Origin: Candidatus Nanoarchaeia archaeon
Lineage (GTDB): Archaea; Nanobdellota; Nanobdellia; UBA10117
NCBI GenBank assembly: GCA_038851215.1
Contig: JAWCLD010000001.1
Coordinates: 1 to 52,852, forward strand
Length of the DNA: 52,852 bases
Direction: 5' to 3'
The notes beneath the pieces were generated by a model. It saw only the letters and a list, made by a program, of their open reading frames with translations. It ran no database searches and had not been told where the DNA came from. This document shows, piece by piece, positions 44,485 through 52,852 of the stretch. Position 1 is the stretch's first letter, and each line of letters opens with the position of its first letter. The translations under genes and the position numbers were made by a program.

Positions 44485-45042
44485 ATGATAATGCAACAAC
44501 GAAAAAAGGAAGAGAACGCAATAGTGTTAGAATACTTGAAGCATGGATACGTCGAAGACTCGAGGCCGATGCACAAGAAAGAACCTATAGCCCAAGTAAT
44601 AGGTAAGAATTTTTTTACTTTATTAGAAATAGTACCTTCTGCGGAGTTAAAACCTTATGATGAAATTTATATAGGTGAAGGTAAAAGGGACAAAGTAGCC
44701 TATATCAAAGGTGTTTTACCTTTCCATAGACTGACGCAAACGGCTAAAACAGAACTGCCTTTCGTAATAGAAAAAATTGTGGCTGCTAATGAAAAAAAAT
44801 ATGTAGAATTTTTTAATACAGCAGGGCCAATTAGTCTTAGGGCGCACCAGCTTGAGCTTTTGCCAGGTGTAGGTAAGAAACACGCGCAATCGCTTCTTGC
44901 AGAAAGGCAAAAGAAACCCTTTGAAACTTTTGAAGAAATAAAGCACAGAGTTCCTGCCGTAGACCCTAAAAAAGCAGTTATAGAGCGAATTCTTGCAGAG
45001 TTGCAAAATAAGGACAGGCATCGACTATTTGTTGGGCATTAG
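44485..45042 (+). CDS. DUF655 (OB + helix-hairpin-helix) putative RNA-binding protein
   Basis: ENAIVLEYLKHGY...PIAQVIG.NFFTLLE..., ...LELLPGVGKK.A. Conserved neighbour of rpoF in archaea. Confidence 0.65.
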   Translation: MIMQQRKKEENAIVLEYLKHGYVEDSRPMHKKEPIAQVIGKNFFTLLEIVPSAELKPYDEIYIGEGKRDKVAYIKGVLPFHRLTQTAKTELPFVIEKIVAANEKKYVEFFNTAGPISLRAHQLELLPGVGKKHAQSLLAERQKKPFETFEEIKHRVPAVDPKKAVIERILAELQNKDRHRLFVGH

Positions 45043-45522
45043 TATCAAGCCAACATCTTCGCCACAAGTTTTCATTTCCAAAATTTTGAAATATTTTTCA
45101 ACAAAAGCTAATTTATCTACAAATTTACTCAGCACAGTTAAGACAAATATGCCGTCAGGCTTTAAAATTCTCTTTACTTCTCTAAGCATAGCTTCTGCAT
45201 TTTCCAAATTTTGAAGAGCTGTAAAGCTCAAAACAGTTGCGAAACTATTATTCTTAAACGGTAGGTTTTCCATATCTCCTTGTATAGAGTACTCCTTTGA
45301 GCGTTTCAGCATCTTGAAAGAAATGTCGAGCCCTATTAATTTAGCCTTAAAGAATTTCTGCAGAAGGCCAGTACCGCATCCTAAATCCAAAATTGGCTTC
45401 TTGAGCTGTAAATCTTCTAGCATTATTCTGTATTTTTCTTCCTGAATTTTTCCGTAACGAGAATCGTAAATGTCTGCTGTTTTATCATATAGCTTACTTA
45501 TAATTTCTTTTTTGGCTTGCAT
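45025..45522 (-). CDS. Class I SAM-dependent methyltransferase
   Basis: ILDLGCGTG and a Methyltransf_11-like layout (..LKPDGIFVLTV). Confidence 0.65.
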   Translation of the reverse strand: MQAKKEIISKLYDKTADIYDSRYGKIQEEKYRIMLEDLQLKKPILDLGCGTGLLQKFFKAKLIGLDISFKMLKRSKEYSIQGDMENLPFKNNSFATVLSFTALQNLENAEAMLREVKRILKPDGIFVLTVLSKFVDKLAFVEKYFKILEMKTCGEDVGLILMPNK

Positions 45523-45555
45523 AATTTTTTAATTTAAGCTAGCTTTAAAGATGTT

Positions 45556-45924
45556 ATGAAAATCGTAATTGATACAAACGCACTAGTATATGCTGCTAAA
45601 AATAAAATAGACCTTTTTACCTTGCTGCAAAACTATGAAATTATAATCCCGAATCTTGTGCTTGGCGAGTTGCAGCTTATTAGCAAGGCGGCAAAAAAAG
45701 CTTCGGACAAAAAGGCAGCATTCCTAGCCTTGAAGCTATTGGAGCGCGCAACCTTTAAGTATGTACAACTTGCAGGTCCAACCGATAAAGCAATAGCGGA
45801 TTTTGCTAAAAATGAAAAGGCTTGTGTCTTAACAAATGATCTTGCTTTAAAGAAAAGGCTTGCAAAAGAAAATGTTAAGATCTTACACATTAGACAAAAG
45901 AAATACATTGAAGAATGGACATAA
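45556..45924 (+). CDS. PIN-domain protein (Fcf1/Utp24-like)
   Basis: MKIVIDTNALV..., ..CVLTNDLALKKRL. Conserved position upstream of rpo7 in archaea. Confidence 0.6.
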   Translation: MKIVIDTNALVYAAKNKIDLFTLLQNYEIIIPNLVLGELQLISKAAKKASDKKAAFLALKLLERATFKYVQLAGPTDKAIADFAKNEKACVLTNDLALKKRLAKENVKILHIRQKKYIEEWT

Positions 45925-45963
45925 GGCTTTTAAATCTGCAATTTGCCTCCTTTGTAACTCAAA

Positions 45964-46560
45964 ATGTACTATAAATCTGAAGTCAACGGTGTTGCGCGAA
46001 TACCTCCTACACTATTTTCAGAAAAGCTTGAGTTTGCTGTCGAAAAGCAACTAAAGGCAGATTTTGAGGGTCAGGTATTCGAAGAGTTAGGAAAAGTCAT
46101 TCAAATCTTAGAAGTAAAGGAGATCGACGAAGGCGTTATAATTCCTGGTGATGGTGCAGCCTATCATAGGACAAAATTTGTAATATTGCACTATGTTCCT
46201 GAAATCAATGAGGTTGTCGAAGGTGAAGTTAAAGACATTGCGAAATTCGGCGCCTTCATCGATTTTGGACCTTTTGAAGGTATGGTTCATGTAAGCCAAA
46301 CTATGGACGATTTTGTTTCATTCTCCAAGTCGGGTACATTGACAGGTAAAAAGTCAGGTAGAAGTTTGAAAATAGGCGATTATGTGAGAGCGAAGATTGT
46401 AGCAATTTCTTACAAAGATCCTAAAAATCCAAAAATAGGCTTAACAATGAGGCAACCAGCCCTCGGCAAGATAGAATGGATAGAAGCGGACACAAAAGAC
46501 GAAAGGAAAGCGATAGGGAAAGTTGCTGAGAAAGAAGAAAAGCCAAAAAAGAAAAGGTGA
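45964..46560 (+). CDS. rpo7: DNA-directed RNA polymerase subunit Rpo7 (RpoE')
   Basis: N-terminal SHS2 domain and an S1 domain (VVEGEVKDIAKFGAFIDFGPFEGMVHVSQ). Confidence 0.85.
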   Translation: MYYKSEVNGVARIPPTLFSEKLEFAVEKQLKADFEGQVFEELGKVIQILEVKEIDEGVIIPGDGAAYHRTKFVILHYVPEINEVVEGEVKDIAKFGAFIDFGPFEGMVHVSQTMDDFVSFSKSGTLTGKKSGRSLKIGDYVRAKIVAISYKDPKNPKIGLTMRQPALGKIEWIEADTKDERKAIGKVAEKEEKPKKKR

Positions 46561-46566
46561 ACCAAA

Positions 46567-46749
46567 ATGCCGAAGCTAGCATGCAAAATCTGCAAACGGA
46601 TTGTGATGAAGGAAAAATGCCCTGACCATCCTGATGCAAAAATGGTTGAAAATTGGAAGGGCCGTATTATAATACTCGATCCTGAAACTTCAGAACTTGC
46701 AAAAAAAATGGGTATAACAAAGAAAGGAGAATATGCAATCAGAGTGTAA
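46567..46749 (+). CDS. spt4: Transcription elongation factor Spt4 (RpoE'')
   Basis: 60 aa with Zn ribbon CKIC..CPDH, ..W.G.IIILDPE.SE.AK..G. Confidence 0.8.
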   Translation: MPKLACKICKRIVMKEKCPDHPDAKMVENWKGRIIILDPETSELAKKMGITKKGEYAIRV

Positions 46750-46754
46750 TTGAT

Positions 46755-47081
46755 ATGGAAGTGAAAATTCTAGATAAAAAAGATAATTTATTTTTTAATC
46801 GCACTGAGATTTTTGCTGAGATTAACCATCAAGGCTTGCCTACTCCAAAGCGTGCTGAAGTAAGAAAGCTTCTCGCAGAAGTATTGGGCGCATCATCGGA
46901 GTTACTAGTAATAAGGAGATGTAAATCGCAGTTTGGCTTTAAGGCCGTATGCGAAGCGATGCTTTACAAGAGCAAACAGGATTTGGAAAAATTTGAGCCT
47001 AAATATATTATTGGCCGAGAAACAGGGCAAAAGCTGCATAAAGTCAAGAGTAGCCCAGCTGCAGGTGCTACAACTAAATAA
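46755..47081 (+). CDS. rps24e: 30S ribosomal protein eS24
   Basis: ..[24 protein letters not shown]......ELLVI. Conserved cluster position. Confidence 0.8.
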   Translation: MEVKILDKKDNLFFNRTEIFAEINHQGLPTPKRAEVRKLLAEVLGASSELLVIRRCKSQFGFKAVCEAMLYKSKQDLEKFEPKYIIGRETGQKLHKVKSSPAAGATTK

Positions 47082-47082
47082 A

Positions 47083-47271
47083 ATGGCGAAGCATAAACAC
47101 AAACCTGGAAAGTCAACAATGAAATATAAGAAATATAGGATTGAAGGCAACCAGCTAAAAAGAACTGGTAGAATTTGCCCTAAATGTGGGCCTGGAACTT
47201 TTATGGCAGAGCATAAAGATAGATATCACTGCGGCCGTTGCTCTTATATGGAACGAATTTCTAAATCCTAA
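47083..47271 (+). CDS. rps27ae: 30S ribosomal protein eS31 (S27ae)
   Basis: [22 protein letters not shown]....[19 protein letters not shown]. The track start at 46933 overlaps rps24e and is rejected. Confidence 0.8.
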   Translation: MAKHKHKPGKSTMKYKKYRIEGNQLKRTGRICPKCGPGTFMAEHKDRYHCGRCSYMERISKS

Positions 47272-47273
47272 TT

Positions 47274-48260
47274 ATGATCAGCATAGGTATAGAGTCTACT
47301 GCTCATACATTCGGAATTGGAATTGTCGATTCCAATGGCTTTAAGATTCTTGCAAATGAAAAGGAAATGCTTGTAACAGCTGAAGGTGGCATAAGACCAG
47401 TAAAAGCTGCAGAACACCACGTGCTCTTTTTTGAACAAGTATTGAATAGAGCTTTAGAAAAAGCTAAACTAAAATTAAAGGATATTAATTTAGTCACATT
47501 TGCACAAGGCCCTGGCCTTGGCCAATGCTTGAGAATTGGAGCTGTTGCTGCCAGAACACTTGCGTTGAAATTAAATGTACCTTTGCTTGGAGTTAATCAT
47601 TGTATAGCCCATATAGAAGCTGGCAAAATAGTATCTAGATTCAAAGACCCTATAACTTTATATGTTTCTGGCGCTAACACGCAGGTGCTTGCACTTGCTT
47701 CTGGCAGATACAGGCTTTTTGGCGAGACATTAGATATTGGCGTTGGCAACTTCCTAGATAGTTTTGGCAGAGCTTTAGGCCTAGGGTTTCCGGCAGGCCC
47801 AAAAATTGAGCAGCTTGCTAAGAAGGGTAAGCATTACATCGAGCTACCTTATACAATAAAAGGAATGGATTTTGCCTTTTCAGGTATTTTGACGAAGCTA
47901 GAACAATTTTGGAAAAGTGGAAAGTACTCGAAAGAAGATTTATGTTATAGCGCACAAGAAACTGTTTTTGCAATCTTAACAGAGGCTACAGAACGTGCAG
48001 TTGCGCACATTAATAAAGACGAGGTCGTGCTAACAGGGGGTGTTGCTGCAAATCAAAGGCTGGCCAATATGTTAAAAATTATGTGCAAGGAATGTGGTAT
48101 AAAGTTTGCTGTTGTTCCGAAACCTTTAGCAACAGACAACGGCGCAATGATAGCGATGCTTGGCATCCTTGAGCACAAAGCAGGCATTAGACAAGATATT
48201 AAAAACACGAAAGTAAACCCGTATCAAAGGACGGATTATATAGACGTAAAATGGGCGTAA
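47274..48260 (+). CDS. kae1: tRNA N6-adenosine threonylcarbamoyltransferase Kae1 (not fused to Bud32)
   Basis: IGIESTAHTFGIGIV, ..AEHH.., GPGLGQCLRIG, VNHCIAHIE, GGVAAN and DNGAMIA. Confidence 0.9.
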   Translation: MISIGIESTAHTFGIGIVDSNGFKILANEKEMLVTAEGGIRPVKAAEHHVLFFEQVLNRALEKAKLKLKDINLVTFAQGPGLGQCLRIGAVAARTLALKLNVPLLGVNHCIAHIEAGKIVSRFKDPITLYVSGANTQVLALASGRYRLFGETLDIGVGNFLDSFGRALGLGFPAGPKIEQLAKKGKHYIELPYTIKGMDFAFSGILTKLEQFWKSGKYSKEDLCYSAQETVFAILTEATERAVAHINKDEVVLTGGVAANQRLANMLKIMCKECGIKFAVVPKPLATDNGAMIAMLGILEHKAGIRQDIKNTKVNPYQRTDYIDVKWA

Positions 48261-48598
48261 TTTCAGTAGTATTCCCCTCAGGCGAAAGTATTGAAGCAGA
48301 ACTTGCAAACACACATTTAAAAAGAATTGTGGGTTTAAGTGGCTGCAAAGAAAAGAAAGCAATGCTCTTCAAGTTTCCTTTTTCCTTCAAATGGGGCTTT
48401 TGGATGCCAAATATGAATTATCCTCTAAAGATAATTTATATCAACAAGAATAAAGAAATTGTTGACATTAAAGATGCGATTCCGCTAACAAAAGATACTA
48501 AAACTTGGAAGAGATACGTACCTAAAAAAGGTTGTAAATATGTTCTTGAAACACCTTTTGAACACAATGTTAAAATTGGAGATAAGTTACAGTTTTAA
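48251..48598 (+). CDS. DUF192 protein
   Basis: ..A....R..GL.G......MLF.F......FWM.NM..PL.II.I......V... pattern. Confidence 0.6.
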   Translation: MGVISVVFPSGESIEAELANTHLKRIVGLSGCKEKKAMLFKFPFSFKWGFWMPNMNYPLKIIYINKNKEIVDIKDAIPLTKDTKTWKRYVPKKGCKYVLETPFEHNVKIGDKLQF

Positions 48599-48823
48599 GA
48601 GAGGAATTTAAATGGTTTTGAAGTCTATTTGCAGACTAACAAATAGCTTAAAAAATGGTTCCTTCATAAAATTAAAATGGGCTTACTCAATGACGTATTG
48701 AAGTTGGCGAGGCTTAAAATAAAACGCGTAAAAGAAGACGTACATAAGTACGTTGAGGAAGAGCTAAAGAAAGAGGAAGAACGTGAGAAGAAAAAAGCAA
48801 AAAAGTAAATTGCTACTAAATAG

Positions 48824-49330
48824 CTACTTTAATTCTGCTTTTAGTTCATTCAGAACGCGCTCCCAATTTACTCTGGACAAATAATAGATTTTAACATCCT
48901 TTCTTTCTTTAATTTTTTCTATGAAAAGATATTTTGACTTGAAGGAAATAGTTGCCAGTACCTTTTTTGCATCAAGAGCTTGTTCTACTAACTGTTTGAA
49001 TTTTTCCGAATGGATTTCCATAGTTCCAATTTCATCAATTACAACAAGATTAGCGTTTTCTATTGCCCATTGCATTGCAGGAATTGCAATTTTTTCGAAA
49101 GCTTCTACATCTAAGCCATATCTAGAAACAATAGCTGGCTTTATCTCTATAGAAGCGAAAACTGCCTCTCTGTTTGTTTTGACATCAACAACTTTAAAGC
49201 CCCATCTTTCGCCATCTTTCCTTATTTCAGGCGTGATTATGCCGCCAACATTCTTATCTTTAATTAACTCTTGCAACAATGTCGATTTACCTGATGCAGG
49301 CGGACCGCTGATTAAGATATTATATCTCAT
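48824..49330 (-). CDS. Nucleoside-triphosphatase THEP1-like (P-loop NTPase)
   Basis: ILISGPPASGKSTL, ..GFKVVD.., and VVIDEIGTMEIHS. Confidence 0.7.
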   Translation of the reverse strand: MRYNILISGPPASGKSTLLQELIKDKNVGGIITPEIRKDGERWGFKVVDVKTNREAVFASIEIKPAIVSRYGLDVEAFEKIAIPAMQWAIENANLVVIDEIGTMEIHSEKFKQLVEQALDAKKVLATISFKSKYLFIEKIKERKDVKIYYLSRVNWERVLNELKAELK

Positions 49331-49381
49331 TTCCCTAAGAGCTATTTAAAAAAAGCAAGTTCACTTAATAAAGATTAGCTG

Positions 49382-49525
49382 CTAAGGAATTAGGTTTCTA
49401 ACCCTGCTCACTGCGCCACTGACCAGGTCTTTTGTAAGATGTGGATAGTACCATAGTCCAACCACAAGTAAAATCAAAATCACAACTGCAATTATTAGCA
49501 GCGCATTGCCTTTTTTATTGTCCAT
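49382..49525 (-). CDS. 47-aa single-TM mini-protein (tentative)
   Basis: Hand translation gives MDNKKGNALLIIAVVILILLVVGLWYYPHLTKDLVSGAVSRVRNLIP*. No other support. Confidence 0.25.
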   Translation of the reverse strand: MDNKKGNALLIIAVVILILLVVGLWYYPHLTKDLVSGAVSRVRNLIP

Positions 49526-49550
49526 TTTATTTAAATTAATTTTATTAAAA

Positions 49551-50519
49551 TTAAAGCTTTTCTATGATGCAAGCTTTTATTGGCTTATCAAATCTTAACC
49601 TTTTGAAACTTGGCGCTCTGAGGTGTAAGCGATTTGTATAATTGAGGAATTGCACTTCAGCAACGTATTTGGGCCTTACCCAAATCACTTCTTTAGTCAG
49701 CTTTGGCACTTCTGAAAAAGGGGGGTGAGATGTTTTGATTTTCTTAAGTGCTTTTCCAAGTTCTTCTACTTGCTTCGAATCAAAACCTGTTCCGACTTGT
49801 CCAACATGAAGCAATTTGCCTCGGTAATATTGCCCAAGTACAAGCGAGGCAAAAGGCGAGCGTATGCCAACTGTATAGCCGCAAATTATACAGTCTGCAA
49901 CTTTTATGTTCTTTATCTTTAGCCAATGTCTGCTACGAATGCCAACGAGATATATCGAATTTCGATCTTTAGCCATTACACCTTCCATATTAAATTTTTT
50001 AACATCGCGCCAAAGTCTAAGTCCTTGGCCTTCTAGATAGAAAACTTTCCTGATGTGTATAAGATTATCTGGTATGACTTTTTCTAACACATGCTTCCTA
50101 TCAATTAATTTTTGTTTGGTAAGGTTATTATTATCATGAGCTAAAATATCAAAAACGTAAAGGGTTGCGGGCCATCGTGTTGAAAGCAACTTAATTTTGA
50201 ATGCATTTTCGGTTTGGTCTCTACTCTGCAACAAGCTAAAATTAGGCAAACCATTTTTATCTAACACTATTACTTCACCATCGAGAATTACATCGCCAAA
50301 AAGTTTTTTGGCTTCTTCAACAATTTCAGGAAATCGATGCTGAAACCAATTACCTCTGCGATTTAACATTCTGATGTTATTATTGCTTTTGTACAAAATA
50401 CAACGCGTACCATCGAGCTTAGGCTCGTAAATAAAGTTTTTTAGTTTCAAGTCAGTTTTGCGTCCTATTACGGCAAGCATTGGAAAAATCTTTTTCTTGT
50501 ATAACTCCAAATCACTCAT
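49551..50519 (-). CDS. Short ATP-dependent DNA ligase (LigD ligase-domain-like: adenylation + OB only)
   Basis: Motif I EPKLDGTR, ..LDGEVIV.., ..FDIL.., ..EGVMAK.., ..WLKIK. About 322 aa, with no N-terminal DNA-binding domain. The preferred start MSDLELYKK overlaps the Ku stop by 8 nt. Confidence 0.8.
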   Translation of the reverse strand: MSDLELYKKKIFPMLAVIGRKTDLKLKNFIYEPKLDGTRCILYKSNNNIRMLNRRGNWFQHRFPEIVEEAKKLFGDVILDGEVIVLDKNGLPNFSLLQSRDQTENAFKIKLLSTRWPATLYVFDILAHDNNNLTKQKLIDRKHVLEKVIPDNLIHIRKVFYLEGQGLRLWRDVKKFNMEGVMAKDRNSIYLVGIRSRHWLKIKNIKVADCIICGYTVGIRSPFASLVLGQYYRGKLLHVGQVGTGFDSKQVEELGKALKKIKTSHPPFSEVPKLTKEVIWVRPKYVAEVQFLNYTNRLHLRAPSFKRLRFDKPIKACIIEKL

Positions 50520-51297
50520 TTTTCGTTTTTGCTTTGGCTTTCGCCATCTTGAGGCTTGCCTCAAGCGCCACCATCAAGTCTTTAGTTGGTTTTGCAGTCG
50601 GAATTTCAACTTTTTTACCTTCAAGTTTAGCTTCTATAAATGACCGTAGAATTTCTTTGTACTTGTTCTTAAACTCGGAAAGATTAAAATGTTTTGTTAA
50701 CTTTGCAATAAGTTCTGCTGCAAGCTTTAACTCTTGTTTACTTGCTTTTGGTAAGGCGGTAAGCTCTGCAAAGAATTCTGGTTTTCTTATCTCGTCTGAA
50801 TAAAACAAAGTTGTAAGGAGCAGAGTATTTTTGTAGCCTCGCAGCACAACAAGATAATCTCTATCACGCATTACGACTTTACCAACTGCAACAATATTAG
50901 CTAATTGTAGCGCTTCCTTCAACAAGGAAAAAGCTTTTTCTGCGCCCTTTTCAGGAACTATAAAGTAATTCTTATCGTAAAATAATGGGTCTATTTCGGC
51001 CGAATCGACAAACTCTATAATTTCAATATTTTTAGATTGTGGTATTGGCAGCCGATGTAATTCTTCTCTATTAAATGTTACATATTTGCCTTTGACATAT
51101 TCAAAACCATGAAGCACCGAATCCCAAGATACTTCTGCTTTGCATTTTGCGCACCATCGCTTATATTGCAATCTCGATTTGCACTTTGGGCATAAAAGGT
51201 GGAAAGAGACTAGTTTTGGTTCTGTTGCGCTATAGAGTTTTATAGGTAGTACAATTAGACCAAATGCTATATTTCCACGCCAAATTGCTTTTGGCAT
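50512..51297 (-). CDS. ku: Ku-family DNA end-binding protein (prokaryotic type)
   Basis: MPKAIWRGNIAFGLIVLPIKLYSATEPK.VSFHLLC..C..RLQYKRWC.KC..EV......GFEY.KGKYV.F..EEL. Confidence 0.85.
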   Translation of the reverse strand: MPKAIWRGNIAFGLIVLPIKLYSATEPKLVSFHLLCPKCKSRLQYKRWCAKCKAEVSWDSVLHGFEYVKGKYVTFNREELHRLPIPQSKNIEIIEFVDSAEIDPLFYDKNYFIVPEKGAEKAFSLLKEALQLANIVAVGKVVMRDRDYLVVLRGYKNTLLLTTLFYSDEIRKPEFFAELTALPKASKQELKLAAELIAKLTKHFNLSEFKNKYKEILRSFIEAKLEGKKVEIPTAKPTKDLMVALEASLKMAKAKAKTKNE

Positions 51298-52577
51298 TAT
51301 TTCCTCTTGATTAGCTTAGGCCTTATTACTTTTCCTCTCTTTTCAATACATTCTTTTTCTATTTTTCCCAATTCTTGGCGCTTGCCATGCCGACCCGTTA
51401 CAGTCCACCATTTCTTGCCTTCTTCCTTGAATTTAAGTAAATCTAAATCCATAGCCTTAAGGGCCCAACTTATTGCTGTGTTGAGGTCGAAGTGTGCTTG
51501 TTCAACGGTAAAAATTTTAGCGGGTGTTGCAAGCCTTAGATGCACAGAATACTTTTTCTTTTTATGTTCCTTTTTTTCATACTCTTTAATGTGAACTAGG
51601 AAATATATAACATTACGAAAATAAGCTCTTCTTACTTTTTCATAAAACTCCGCAACTTGTTGCCTTACTGAATCGTAAAGCTGGCCAGGTAGCTGCTCAC
51701 AACCTACAAATTGTATACTCCAATATTCTGGTGCCTTAAGTTTGAAGAAGGCTCGGAGCACATCTCTTGTTGTAAGTATACCAATAGGCTTTCTATCCTG
51801 CGCAATTATTATGTCAGAAACTTTATGTTCAAACATTTCTGCAACAGCTGTGCCTAAAGTTGCTGTAGGAGGAACTGTAAAGACTGTAACTGAGGCCGCG
51901 TCGCCGATTGGTTGGTCAAGCATAAATTCTTTATCAGCTTCGAATGACTTTGACCCTGTAAAGGTTTTTCTTTCTTTTATTCTAGCTTTTGGCATTCCTT
52001 GTCTCTTTTCCTCTGGCGATAGAAAATGTTTTTTTAACAAATCAGTGATTGAAAAGATAGAGATTATTCTTCCCATTTTATCAACAATTGGCGCATGACT
52101 AAAATGTCGCTCTTTCATTATATTAACCGCGTCGCCTAATCTTGTCTCGTATTTAAAAATTAGTGGAGCAGTTGTTGCGACTTCTGTAACTTTGAGTTTT
52201 GCTAAGGCAGGAAATTTTGGTAAAGTTGACAGTATATCGCGAGACCTCACAACGCCTATAATTTTATTCCCCTTTTTAACTGGTAATAAGCAAGGGTAGT
52301 TATGGTACATCAGCTCTGCGGCTCTAAAAATGTCTGTATCTGGCGTGACAAGTGGCGGGTGAACTAAAAATGCGCTAATTTGTGTTTTAGGTTCTATTTT
52401 TGACTTTATTAGAAGTATTCTATCAAGTACTCCACGATAAGAAGGCTTGAAGCGCTTGTCGAAAACTAGTGCGTATCTTTCGTCGCTTTGTTGTAATTTA
52501 CCAATAGTTTTTGTTATAGTAACGGAAGAATCGAGCTTGAGAAAATTCCGCTGCATAATCTCACTAACTGTGACCAT
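51297..52577 (-). CDS. Multi-CBS-domain protein with a C-terminal HPF/RaiA (S30AE)-like domain
   Basis: Four CBS-like units (aa ~5-280). The region aa ~286-386, WSIQFVGCEQLPGQLYDSVRQQVAEFYEKVRR...YSVHLRLATPAKIFTVEQAHFDLNTAISWALKAMDLDLLKFKE, parallels E. coli HPF (LNITGNNVEITEALREFVTAKFAKLEQYF...[38 protein letters not shown]). Its stop overlaps the Ku ATG (TAATG). Confidence 0.65.
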   Translation of the reverse strand: MVTVSEIMQRNFLKLDSSVTITKTIGKLQQSDERYALVFDKRFKPSYRGVLDRILLIKSKIEPKTQISAFLVHPPLVTPDTDIFRAAELMYHNYPCLLPVKKGNKIIGVVRSRDILSTLPKFPALAKLKVTEVATTAPLIFKYETRLGDAVNIMKERHFSHAPIVDKMGRIISIFSITDLLKKHFLSPEEKRQGMPKARIKERKTFTGSKSFEADKEFMLDQPIGDAASVTVFTVPPTATLGTAVAEMFEHKVSDIIIAQDRKPIGILTTRDVLRAFFKLKAPEYWSIQFVGCEQLPGQLYDSVRQQVAEFYEKVRRAYFRNVIYFLVHIKEYEKKEHKKKKYSVHLRLATPAKIFTVEQAHFDLNTAISWALKAMDLDLLKFKEEGKKWWTVTGRHGKRQELGKIEKECIEKRGKVIRPKLIKRK

Positions 52578-52688
52578 ATAAACACTTTTAGAGTTGAATA
52601 TTTATACTTTTACTTATGCTCACGTATAAGCAGAAGCCTTTAAAAATCATCTATTCGAAGCAAAGATACCGCTTAGGCGGGAGCTGAA

Positions 52689-52852
52689 ATGGCGATAACA
52701 AAAGAAGCTATTCTGGAAGCTCTAAAGAAAATTCGTGAAGGGAAAAAGAGAAGATTTACTCAATCAATAGAGCTTATTATTAGCTTGAAAGAGCTTGATA
52801 CCAAAAAAGATGAAGGGAAGATTGATGAGTTTATCGTATTGCCAGCTGGGCG
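52689..52852 (+). CDS. rpl1: 50S ribosomal protein uL1, N-terminal part (runs off the window)
   Basis: MAITKEAILEALKKIREGKKRRFTQSIELIISLKELDTKKDEGKIDEFIVLPAG matches the uL1 N-terminus. Confidence 0.8.
   Translation, partial: MAITKEAILEALKKIREGKKRRFTQSIELIISLKELDTKKDEGKIDEFIVLPAG

Noticed and set aside
52640-52688. Hairpin CCGC-TTAG-GCGG upstream of rpl1 as an L1 autoregulatory mRNA site
   Set aside because: It has only a 4-bp stem, and I could not match it to the 23S L1-binding consensus from memory.

Overview
The window is an AT-rich, very gene-dense archaeal chromosome segment; many neighbouring genes overlap by 1-8 nt (TAATG/ATGA junctions). The archaeal assignment rests on the gene content. 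This includes r-proteins uL16/L10e, eS19, eL39, eL31, eL21, eS24, eS31 and uL1. It also includes RNA polymerase subunits Rpo4, Rpo7 and Rpo11 with Spt4, two TFS paralogs, PCNA, aIF6, prefoldin alpha, FtsY and SRP54. Further markers are Kae1, Rpp21, Taw1, Trm11, Trm5, MC1 chromatin protein, SepF and an ER-type signal peptidase. Small protein sizes and the abundance of tiny membrane ORFs suggest a reduced, DPANN-like genome, but that is inference only. RNA genes are one tRNA-Thr(CGU) and an orphan 5S rRNA about 40 nt longer than usual. The main finding is that the diphthamide synthase gene dph2 is cleanly split at its domain 1/2 boundary. The two pieces (32488..32805 and 26466..27170, both minus strand) are separated by a 5.3 kb cassette. 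The cassette encodes a 1132-aa multi-domain trans-membrane surface protein and four small membrane proteins. Other notable features are listed here:
- a translationally coupled CBS/HPF-like - Ku - short ATP-dependent ligase operon
- a threonyl-tRNA synthetase broken by a single-nucleotide frameshift
- a divergent second TFS paralog
- an orphan Cas4-like nuclease next to a small wHTH gene preceded by direct repeats
- a partial beta-helix surface protein at the left edge that the ORF track does not list

I saw no CRISPR array, transposase or integrase. All product calls come from reading motifs by eye; no searches were run.
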